This document shows, piece by piece, positions 27,357-37,199 of a stretch of 64,000 bases of DNA (position 1 is its first letter; every line of letters begins with the position of its first letter). The notes beneath the pieces were generated by a model that saw only the letters and a list, made by a program, of their open reading frames with translations, did not search any database and was not told where the DNA came from. Made by a program: the position numbers and the translations under genes. Source of the DNA: Tubulanus polymorphus. Taxonomy: Eukaryota > Animalia > Nemertea. The DNA is taken from positions 7,788,812-7,852,811 of the forward strand of contig NC_134036.1 of NCBI RefSeq assembly GCF_964204645.1, given 5' to 3'.

Positions 27357-27782
27357 ATGGAAGATAATATTGATATTATTCCTCATGATATAAATAAAAC
27401 TAATTTAAAAATATATTTAGAAAAACAAATATTAGAATTTGAAAGTGATTTAAAAGTTAAAAAGAAAAAATATTTAAAAAGTAAAATTATATATTATTTG
27501 ATTATTAGTGGTTCGGTTACAATTAGTCCTGTAATAACATTTCTAGCAATATTCAGTCCATTAACACCTTTAGCTATATCAATTGGTGTATTAGGATTAA
27601 GTTCAAGTGTTTTAACCGGTATAAGTTCAAAATTAAATATAAAAAGTAATAAAGAAAAAATTAAAACTAATATAAAAGAAATTAATAAATTAAAGAACAC
27701 ACTAGTTTATATAATCAGTTTAAATGGTCATATAACAGTTGAAGAACAAGATAAATTATTAAAAGAATTAATAAATTATTAA
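27357..27782 (+). CDS. Two-TM protein flanked by coiled coils (SLATT-like architecture)
   Basis: IIYYLIISGSVTIS...LAISIGVLGLSSSVLTGIS hydrophobic hairpin. Confidence 0.7.
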   Translation: MEDNIDIIPHDINKTNLKIYLEKQILEFESDLKVKKKKYLKSKIIYYLIISGSVTISPVITFLAIFSPLTPLAISIGVLGLSSSVLTGISSKLNIKSNKEKIKTNIKEINKLKNTLVYIISLNGHITVEEQDKLLKELINY

Positions 27783-27798
27783 TTTTTTAATTATATAA

Positions 27799-29156
27799 AT
27801 GGCAGATAGTTTTCCAAAAGCTTTCCAATATAATAAATCAATTAAATATAATATTCCAGCAATAGATTTTAATAAAGATATTACATATAGAAATGAAGTT
27901 TTAAATTCATTAATTGATTTATATATTTATGTTACTGAAAGTAATAATTTTCATGTAAAGATGGAAAATATATTTCATGTAAAAAATTGAAAGATGAAAA
28001 ACAATGGTTATTAAAATCTAATATGAAGTATTGGCAGAACCAATTAAATATTGCTGTTTATTGTGCAACAACAGGATGTGGAATTAGTTTGAATGATCAT
28101 TTGAATAATTCTAAATATAAATTAATTCAAAGTTTATTTAGATTTCATACATGCTTTCAAATAAGAATAATATTAAATGAATTAGAGTGCGCTTTACCAG
28201 GATCAAGATATTTTAAAGAATTAGATAATAATATTAATTTATCAAAGTTTTATAAAATTTGTAATGAATTTAATATAGATATAAATAATTCTGATTTTAG
28301 AACAAAAATTGGAACAATAAGATCACTTCCTTTCCCTAAAAAGATTGCAGAATATTGTGCACTTCCCATACCATCTAATAGTTTGTATAATATCTATAGT
28401 CATAAATTAGGTTATGGTAAAAATGAAACTAAGGATTTAGAAACATTAAATTTTAATAAATTACCGACATTTTATGATAATTTAATACAAGAAAACAATA
28501 ATGGTTGGGTTTATTTCATTTTAGAAAATAATGAAGGTTTTACTAAATCAGGTATACAAAGAATAAATCAATCTATTAGAACTTATTTGATATGTATTTT
28601 AGGTGCGCAAGTTGAAACAAGATCACCAATAATTGGAAATTTGAATACATCATTCGATACACAGAAACAATTTAAAGTTTTATTTGAAGATTCAATTCAT
28701 AATGATAAAAATAGATCGATTCCAGAAAACATTATAAGATATCAAAATTATTTAGATAAATCACATATTAGATTAAATTATTGTATAGGTCCTAATCTAT
28801 TAATTATTTCTAATGATTTAGTATTAAAGATGGGAAATATAATTGGTTATAATAATCTAATTAAAACTGCAACAATAAATAATTCATTTGGATTAAATGA
28901 TATAAATAAAAAGATTATTACTGCTCCAAAATTAATGGAAGGTGAAAAAAATAAAAAACATATTCAATCAACTAAAAATATTAGATTAAATAATGATTCT
29001 AAACCGGATTATAATACATCAGAAGATATAGAAACTGATATTATTCAACATGATATAATTAAACTAAAAGATGATAATAAATCCCATGAAAATACTAAAT
29101 TAGCTATAACTTGTATAGGAATTGTAATCGGAGGAATATTATATTTTAAATTTTAA
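27799..29156 (+). pseudogene. Conserved hypothetical protein with C-terminal TM, frameshift ~27985
   Basis: Joins ORFs 27799 and 27987; YWQNQLN.AVYCATTGCGI is conserved in the 59642-60806 homolog. Confidence 0.75.
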
Positions 29157-29172
29157 TTTTTTTATTATGTAA

Positions 29173-30787
29173 ATGGCAGAAGGTGAAGGTTTTCCATTGG
29201 ATGACATGGGAAATAATCATGAAGGATATATTGATGATGAACCACAACCTGATTTTAATGAAACTAATATTGATAATGATGATGAATCAGCATATGATTC
29301 TAATTTAGCAGATAGTGGTTCTAAAGTCCCATCAACAGATGAATTTGATAGAAGAACTAGATCGAAAATAAATCCTGAAAATGAAATGCCAGGTTTATCA
29401 AAGGAAGATATAGAAAATAATAAATTTATATATAAGTTTCAAGATGTATTTGTAAGATCTGGATATAATATAAATGATAGAGGCGCCAGACTTTTAGTAC
29501 AAGATTTAAAGTTTTTAGATGGTGAATATTATTATAAATTGAAAGATGATTATTATATTAACATCTCTTATAAAAATCAAAATATAATATTAGCAGAATC
29601 AACTTTGCTTAAGTAAGAACCAGATAGAATTAAGAGAATAATTAATAGTAATGAAATAACTGATGTAACACAAACAGAAATGAAAAAAAAATAGAAAAGA
29701 ATTCAAACAAAGAATTGATGACTTATTTAAAATAATCGATGATAATCCAGAAACGGAAATGGAAGAGAATAGAGATCGATTAGATAAATTAAGATCTTCA
29801 ACACCCGAAACATCTAGAAGAGATATTCAACAAATTGATAATGATTCAAATCAATTACAAGTAGTAAAACATTTTGATAAAATGTTTGATACAATTCATT
29901 CATTTGACGAAGAGATGGATAGTATTTTAGATACACCCGGTACTGAAACTGGAATAAATCGAATACTATCTTTACTAGAAAAAGGAATACTTGATTTAAC
30001 TGATGATGAATTAGAAGCATTTCCTGAACAAGCACGTAGAGAAATTAAAGGTATGCAAGAATCAGCTGGTGAAATTGCTAATATTAAGATGAGATTTTCT
30101 AAAATAACCATGTTAGAAAAAGAATTAACTAATGCAAATGAAGAATTAAAACAATTAGAATTAAATAGAGATCTTCAATTAATCGAGGAAGCTGATTATG
30201 AAAGCAGAAAGTTAGCTTTAGAAAAAGAAATAGATGATTTAAAATATAACAAAGAATTACAGGAAAAAGAAAGAGATACATTTTTAAAATCATATGATCT
30301 TAATCATATTAAAAAATTAAAAGTTATTTTTAAAGATTTGTTGATAAAACCAGATTCTAAAATATCATTGAAAGATAGAATAAAGTTATTATTTAAATTA
30401 GAAGGAATAACAATTCTTTCAATTCTAACAGCTGTAACTATGTTATTTACAACAATTGGTTTAGCAATATCAAATGCTTTGAAATCTACTCCTACTCCCA
30501 ATAAACCAGATAAACCCCCGAATGATAATAATTCTATACAAGATAAAGTTAAGGATGGTTTAAAGAAATTAGCAAAATATTTATGGGAACTATCTAAAAA
30601 ATCTGCTGCAGCTTTACCAGGAGTTATTGCATCAATTGTTGGTTTTATATTGAAATCTGCTGGGAATATTCTTAACTTTGCTGCTGAACATATTATTTTA
30701 TTTTTAATTACAGTTGTAAGTGCTATTATTTTTGGGTTAGTAAATATGATATCAAAAAGATATCAAGAAAAAAATAATAAAAAATAA
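29173..30787 (+). pseudogene. Large acidic/coiled-coil protein with C-terminal hydrophobic helices; stop at 29614 and frameshift ~29690
   Basis: Joins ORFs 29173 and 29759; ITILSILTAVTMLFTTIGLAIS and LPGVIASIVGFILK...IILFLITVVSAIIFGLV. Confidence 0.7.
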
Positions 30788-30811
30788 ATAATTAATTTTT
30801 TTGTTTAATAA

Positions 30812-32059
30812 ATGAGTGGGAGTTATATAAGTCCTTCTAAGATTTCTAGAATATCTAATGCTATTAAAGCAGAAAGATCACATCATATAATTACTCATAA
30901 CCCTTCAAATATTAATCCCGATGAAACTTTATATTTTAGGATTCCTAGATTAACACAAAATACTTTTTATGTTCCAAATAGTATTTATTTATCAGCCGAT
31001 ATAAAAGTAACTGGCCATGATAACAATTACGTTGTTGATAATGTTGGAAGATATTTGATTAAAAAATTAACTATAAAGATTGGTCCGGAAACAGTTTTCT
31101 CATTAGATGATTATAATTTATCTATGCATTATAAAGATTTATGGTTAACTAAAGAAAATAGAAATAATATGATATTTCAGGGTATTCAATCGGAAAACCA
31201 TAATGAATTAAGATCAGGAACTAATGACGCAATAGTAACTCGTGCCACAGATAATTTGATAAAAAAGATTTATGGAAGCAAATATAAAATTCCATTAGAC
31301 TTTGAATTGATAAATAATAATGCACCTTTATATAAATACGCAATTCAAGAAGATATTATATTTGAGATAACATTTGCTCCTGTAAATGAAATTGTATTAT
31401 CTAGCGTTGTTAAAGATATGGGTTATAAATTATCGAATATATGTTTAGAATATAACACAGTAACTGATGAAAATATTGCTAGCACAATTCAAACTCAATA
31501 CAATCAAGGATTTTCATTATTATATGATTATATTGATAAATTTAAAACCGTAACTATTAATGCAAATGATGAAATAATTAATGAGAATATTAACTTCCCA
31601 AGAAGATCTATTAAAGGTATATTAATATATTTCACCATTGCAACATATTCTAATGGTGCAATAAAGGTAGATAATTATTATAATCCTGAAATAACAAAAG
31701 TAGAAATAACTATCGAAGGAATAGCAAATAAAATATTTTGCCAAGGAATGAGAATGATAGATCAGTGGCCAGAAATTAGAAAACATTTTATGAATGAAAA
31801 AGTAAAATCATTTGAAAATTGTAATATTAATCAAATTGATTATTATACCGGCAATAAATATGCATTATGGTTAGATTTTAGAACAACATAGGATAATTCA
31901 TTACATGGTTCAGGAAAAAAATTACAAAACACTAAAGATGGAATACAATTATTCATGGCGAAGAAAAGAGGGGACAAAAATTTCAAAATGCACATTTATA
32001 TTATATCTGACGCGCAATTAAATATTGTAAATTCACAATTAGATAGTATTCAATATTAG
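30812..32059 (+). pseudogene. Major capsid protein (inferred double jelly-roll), 415 codons with one TAG at 31889
   Basis: ITHNPSNINPDETLYFRIPRL, KIPLDFE, LSNICLEY, NFPRRSIKGILI, ALWLDFRTT*DNSLHGSG; the frame continues to TAG 32057-32059. Confidence 0.8.
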
Positions 32060-32089
32060 AAATATAAAGTTAAAATTAAGGATATATAA

Positions 32090-33216
32090 ATGGGTGATAA
32101 AAAAACTCATAATACTAAAGAACAATATTTAAGAAATTTATATTACAACCCTGAGAGTTCAGTTGCTTATTCTTCTACTAAAAATATATGGCGTCAAGTA
32201 AAACAAGATAAATTAGATAAGATAATCCCACAGAATTTAGTTAAATATAAAGATATAAATGAATTTATGTTAGAACAACCAACATATACAACACATAAAA
32301 AAATTGTTAGAAAATATAAAACTCGTAAAACTATGGTAAGTTATGTAGATCAACAGTGGCAAGGAGATTTATTGATATGAAAAATGTTAAGAAAGATAAT
32401 GATGATTATTGGTGGTTATTGAATATAATTGATATTTTTAGTCGTTATGTATGGAGCTTCCCACTTTATAGAAAAGATGCTGTACAAACATCAAATGTTT
32501 TAAGAAAATTTCTTTCGGATGATAAACTAAAACCAGAAAAAATACAATTTGATGATGGAAAAGAGTTTGATAATTCACCTGTTCATGAACTCTTAGATAA
32601 TCATAATATTAAATATTTTTCAACAAAATCAGATAAAAAAGCAGCAGTTGTTGAACGATTTAAAATAGAACATTAAGAACAAGAATGTGGAAATATTTTA
32701 CAGCAAATAATACTTTTAAATGGATTGATTTTTTACCAAAATTGATAGAAGGATATAATAATTCTTATCATTCTTCTATTGGAATGAAACCTATTGATGC
32801 TAGAAAACCTGAAAATACTGCAATTGTTTGGAATAATTTATATGGAGCATTTCTTGTAGGTGATTTTGGTGAACCTAAATTTAAAGTTGGTCAAAATGTT
32901 AGAATTTCTAAGTATAAAAAGATATTTGATAAAGGATACGATCGAAATTTTACTAGAGAAATATATAAAATAAAAAAGGTAATAACAACAAAACCATATG
33001 TCTATAAATTAGAAGATTTAGATGGTGAAGAAGTTGATGGCTACTTTTACGAAGAAGAATTAAGTTTAACTACTGAAAATCTAGAACAAGAATATAAAAT
33101 TGAAAAAGTATTAAAAACAAAAATATAAAAGAAAAAAATATTCTTTAGTAAAATGGGTTGGATGGCCAGATAAATTCAATGAATGGATATTATCAAGTAA
33201 AATTAAAAATATATAA
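32090..33216 (+). pseudogene. int: Retroviral-like (rve) integrase with C-terminal chromodomain; frameshifted
   Basis: QWQGDL (D), QFDDGKEF (D), AAVVERF (E), YNNSYHSSIGMKP; chromo-like YKIEKVL...LVKWVGWPDKFNEWI. Confidence 0.92.
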
Positions 33217-33825
33217 ATGAATAAAGAATTATTTATATTTGAGCCTCATAATATGTTAATATCTGGCGTAACAAATTGTGGAAAAACTTATTTTATATTA
33301 AATTTATTAGAAACTGTTTATGAAAACTATTTTGATAATATAGTATTATTTTGCCCAACGTATGAACTTAATCAAACTTATGATAGAAATAGTACTAGAA
33401 ATAATAAATTTATTATATTAGATCCTAAAACAGTAGAAGAAAATTTAGATAATTGTATAAAAATAGCAATTGATATTTATAAAGGATCAAATACATTATT
33501 CATTATAGATGATTGCGCTAATTTACATGATTCAAAAGTGAGAGAAAGTGAGTTATGTTATCTAGCTTTCTCTGGAAGACATTTCGGGATAACAACATGG
33601 GTTTTAAATCAAAAATATAATTCAATTGTTAAAGACTTTAGAGAAAACATTAGATTTCTAGTTTTATTCTACAATAAAGATAGAAAATCAATGAAAAATG
33701 CACTTGAGGAAAATGATATTATTCCACATGATTTACATAATGAATATATGGATAAGTTGAAAAATATTAAAAGATCAAAATTACTATTTAGATTACAACA
33801 CCCATTTAAATATGAATTTATTTAA
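33217..33825 (+). CDS. Genome-packaging ATPase (A32/FtsK-HerA family)
   Basis: Walker A GVTNCGKT, Walker B FIIDD, GRHFGIT...NQ, FREN. Confidence 0.9.
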   Translation: MNKELFIFEPHNMLISGVTNCGKTYFILNLLETVYENYFDNIVLFCPTYELNQTYDRNSTRNNKFIILDPKTVEENLDNCIKIAIDIYKGSNTLFIIDDCANLHDSKVRESELCYLAFSGRHFGITTWVLNQKYNSIVKDFRENIRFLVLFYNKDRKSMKNALEENDIIPHDLHNEYMDKLKNIKRSKLLFRLQHPFKYEFI

Positions 33826-34100
33826 ATTCAACTAGCTTGTTAATATAGTTGAATTCTAGTTACATTCCAGTTGAATTCTAGTTATTGGTAGTTGTAACAA
33901 AAATCAACTAGATTTAACAATATTTTAACTAGCTTGTTAATCTAGTTTAATTCTAGTTACATTCTAGTTGAATTCTAGTTGTTAGTAGTTGAAACAAAAA
34001 TCAACTAGATTTAACAAGAAATAAACAAAAACAACAATATTTCAACTAGCTTGTTAATCTATTTGAATTCTAGTTACATTCTAGTTGAATTCTAGTTGCA
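33825..34100. repeat. Intergenic tandem repeat (~97-118-bp units) built from aactag/ctagtt inverted motifs and GAATTC
   Basis: Three caactagcttgttaat.tagttgaattctagttacatt units. Confidence 0.85.
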
Positions 34101-34129
34101 ACATCACAACTAATTTCGTTGTTATATAA

Positions 34130-34735
34130 ATGGTAGGTGAAAAGAAAATAAAATCTAAAAATGGTGATGTTCCAATTGAAAAAACTTTAGATGATTTAGG
34201 AATAACAGAAACAAAATTAACTCCAGATGATGGTGCTTTAAATATTGTTACAACAAATAATAATTATGAATATTATCTTTATTGTAAACATCAATTAGAA
34301 ATATTAATAGCATCTGGAAAATGTAAAAATTTTGTCGGTAAAAATTTAACTTATAATGAATTAGATACAATGAAATCAGATGAAATTATTAGATTATTTA
34401 AGATTTATGAAGCCGCGAGAACAGCTAAAATTAATGACGCGATATCAGAAAATGTAGTAAAAGGTTATAGTAAATTATGTAATTATATACTACCAATTGA
34501 AGATGAAAATAGATTATATTCCGATTTAAAAAATGATTATTTAGTTATGACTGAATTAAATAAATGGATTGGATATTTATCGTTTCAATTAGGTGGATTT
34601 ATGACATTATTATCAACTGGGGTTATAACATTTTCAAATATTGAAAGTAAAAATATTTCTATAATAAATGAGCGAGGTGAAAGAAGTGAAGGAATTAACT
34701 GTGAAGAAAAGACCGAGAACTCAGAAACAAATTGA
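34130..34735 (+). CDS. Conserved hypothetical protein (homolog 50782-51323)
   Basis: 201 aa; IEKTLDDLGIT, YCKHQLE and SFQLGG are conserved in the second element. Confidence 0.75.
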   Translation: MVGEKKIKSKNGDVPIEKTLDDLGITETKLTPDDGALNIVTTNNNYEYYLYCKHQLEILIASGKCKNFVGKNLTYNELDTMKSDEIIRLFKIYEAARTAKINDAISENVVKGYSKLCNYILPIEDENRLYSDLKNDYLVMTELNKWIGYLSFQLGGFMTLLSTGVITFSNIESKNISIINERGERSEGINCEEKTENSETN

Positions 34736-35034
34736 ATGGTCTCGGCAATTAGGAATTAAATCACAAGAATATAAAAAAGCTGTAAAAGAAAAAATAAGTA
34801 ATAAAATGTTAATAAAAATGGTGAAAATATTGTTATTTCTACTCCTTCTGATAATAGAATATTTGATAAATATTTATATTTTACAGTTGGATTTGTAATT
34901 GTATTCATTTTGATTGGGTGTAATTGGTATAAGAAATCAAATAAAATTCATGATATTAGTAATTCTGAACCAACTGCTATCAAAAATGAAAGTACTTCTG
35001 AAATTCCAAAATTGATAATAAAAAAATGGATTAA
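34668..35034 (+). pseudogene. Small basic protein with TM segment, frameshifted (homolog 51320-51680)
   Basis: KQIEWSRQLG vs KQIKWARELG; hydrophobic FTVGFVIVFILIG in the shifted frame. Confidence 0.6.
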
Positions 35035-35496
35035 TATTTTAGAAAAAAAGCAAAAAAAAATAATTTTTTTTAATTAATTGAATATCTCACTACTTTTGTC
35101 TATCTATGCGGAGCAATTAAATTGTCCAGATAAGTCATTTCGGATTCTAGATATTCATTATTCTTATCAATTTATTTTGTTTTTACTTGAATATTGTATT
35201 ACAGTCGTTTCTTATTATTAGTTTTTTCTTAAATTGAAAGATGACAACACTGGGTATGGTAAAATGAATATTTGAATTTGAATTTGAATTTGTTTATCAA
35301 TTAACATAGTAATTGATTACTAATTTGATTAAAAATTATATCATAATTAAGTTAAAAATCCATAATTCATTTATCAGTTTTCATTCTTATATTCTTTTCA
35401 TTCGAAATAATTTATAATTTCAAATTTCACATATTTTTTTAGCACCAGCAACATTTACTTAGGTGTTTTAGCTAAGTATATAAGGCAATTCATTCA

Positions 35497-35796
35497 ACCA
35501 CTGGAGTGCCGCCGGGCTTGGCTTGCAGGGGCATTTCGAAAATGCACCTTTGTCCACCCTCCGCGGTTCTCCTTCAGTTTCGACTTTCGATCCTCCTTTC
35601 GGGGGTAAGGGGTTGATAGGAAATGCATTAGGCGCCTTAAATATAATGTGTTTCCTGTCAACCATTGAAGGAGAATTGGTGAGGCGTGGGTCACAGGGGT
35701 GTAAGTAGAAATGCTTGGGGATAGGTATCTCGTGGCGCCTCTCAATAACGGGATGCTTATCCCCTAAAAACTCTGCGAGTCAAGTCGGGTGGTTTT
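35497..35796 (+). ncRNA. Candidate highly structured viral ncRNA
   Basis: Stems 35515-30/35771-86, 35531-37/35708-14, 35543-53/35693-703, 35565-78/35664-77, 35611-30/35644-63, 35717-33/35748-64; all non-WC pairs within them are G.U on the + strand; upstream TATATAAG; ends in TTTT. Confidence 0.7.
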
Positions 35797-36153
35797 GCTA
35801 AAACTTACCGTAAAAACATTGAAATATTCCTTTTAATCACGAGAGAATGATGACTATCCTCCTGTCGTCACGGCCGAGCTAATTTAAATAAACCTCGCTT
35901 TCAGCAACCAATGAAAACGTGGTGGTTCAATGCCGGCTAACTGGCTTGTGTGTGTTGTATGTACTGCGTGCTTAATATATTACTGCTAGCTATCCAATAT
36001 AACAACAACGTTGTGCAACACCTGTTTGATTGATCAATATTCAAATGAAGCACTCTCTCATAATAACATGTAACAGATGTTTGACTGTATGATTGTAGTT
36101 GTTTATAAAACGACTAAGGTCATTTTTAGATATTCATTATTTTTATTTTTTAT

Positions 36154-36480
36154 TTAATCAACAATTTCCAAATCATGATGACCGTCTTCATTTTTCCCAT
36201 GATATATTATTTTAAATCCTACTAAATCTTTCAATTCCTCTGTACTCAATGAAACCCATTTATCGGGTAAAAACACTTTAAATTCTCGTGATGTACTAAC
36301 ATTACAGTAGCTTAAATTAGCTGATACTTTCTCTCCATATTTAGTTTTTATCTTTTCTAATTTCAATATCTTATGTTCAATTTCTTTTGTAACATCAACT
36401 AACTTTTTTATTTCAAATTGTTTTTTTGTTGGTTTAATTCTGTTATTTATTGTTGCTAAGAATGCTTTTCTATTTTCCAT
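36154..36480 (-). CDS. Putative OB-fold ssDNA-binding protein
   Basis: 108 aa; KIKTKYGEKV..L...FKVFLP pattern suggests a small beta-barrel SSB (inference). Confidence 0.5.
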   Translation of the reverse strand: MENRKAFLATINNRIKPTKKQFEIKKLVDVTKEIEHKILKLEKIKTKYGEKVSANLSYCNVSTSREFKVFLPDKWVSLSTEELKDLVGFKIIYHGKNEDGHHDLEIVD

Positions 36481-36779
36481 TTATTAGGAAAAAAAATACT
36501 TGTGGTGATGAGTGGTCGACCTTCGACCTCTGATCTGAAAGCCTACTTTCCCAATTACTAATGTGGTGTGAGAATTAGTGATGTATTGATCCCACTAGAG
36601 GTCGGTAGTGTAATTTGAAAAAGCGATACATGAAAACCATTAATATACATATATACGACCTAGAAAGTTTCATCACGTGTGGTTTCTTTGATTTTCCCCG
36701 GTATTTATGTCGCTATTTGGTAGAAATGCCTTCAGTCAGACTGTGCACATGCACACCACCTCAGTCAATAGTAAACCCG

Positions 36780-37175
36780 ATAAAAGAAAATGTTGAAAAT
36801 TCGGAAAATATATTCATTAAAAACTGAAGTCATCCTCAACCCACCTTATCAATCATCCCCCATCAACAAACGACTTGACCATTCTGAAAATACTCGAGAA
36901 AATGAAACACGACCGAAGCCGATATTAAAACGGGCAAAAGAAATTGTTGATAATTCGGAAAATATTTACATTAACAACTGATGTCATCCTTATCCTCCTT
37001 TTCTTACATCCCCGGGTAACAAACGACTCGACCATTCTGAAAATACTCGAGAAAACCAAACACGACCGAAGCCGTTATTAAAACACATGAAACAGAAGGT
37101 TGAAAATTCGGAAAATTTTTACATTAAAAACTGAAGTCACCCTCACTCATCCTTGTCAACCATCCTCCAGCAACT
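36780..37175 (+). repeat. ~154-bp satellite, ~2.5 monomers
   Basis: Same monomer as 19020-21133. Confidence 0.9.
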
Positions 37176-37199
37176 ACCAGTTACTTTGTAAATATTTCA

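Larger units (their letters stand above)
21134..36560 (+). mobile_element. Polinton/Maverick (adintovirus-like) endogenous virus, element 1; left-truncated, few disabling mutations
   Basis: pPolB, minor and major capsid, rve integrase and FtsK-type ATPase in a compact AT-rich gene array. Confidence 0.93.

Noticed and set aside
26853-30501. Short antisense ORFs over structural genes
   Set aside because: Shadow ORFs of the AT-rich sense genes.
23433-31891. Alternative genetic code or programmed readthrough to explain in-frame stops
   Set aside because: TAA and TAG also end normal genes, and frameshifts co-occur; decay or sequencing error is simpler.
35468-35745. Three overlapping short ORFs in the GC island
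   Set aside because: Composition unlike the element's genes and no TAAATG start; better explained by RNA structure.
35511-35796. 7SL/SRP RNA (starts GCCGGGC, ~300 nt)
   Set aside because: No recognisable Alu-domain sequence or helix-8 SRP54-binding motif; match limited to 7 nt.
36550-36562. Polinton terminal ACTACT / TIR
   Set aside because: Only ACTAAT is present and no matching inverted left end or TSD is visible in the window.
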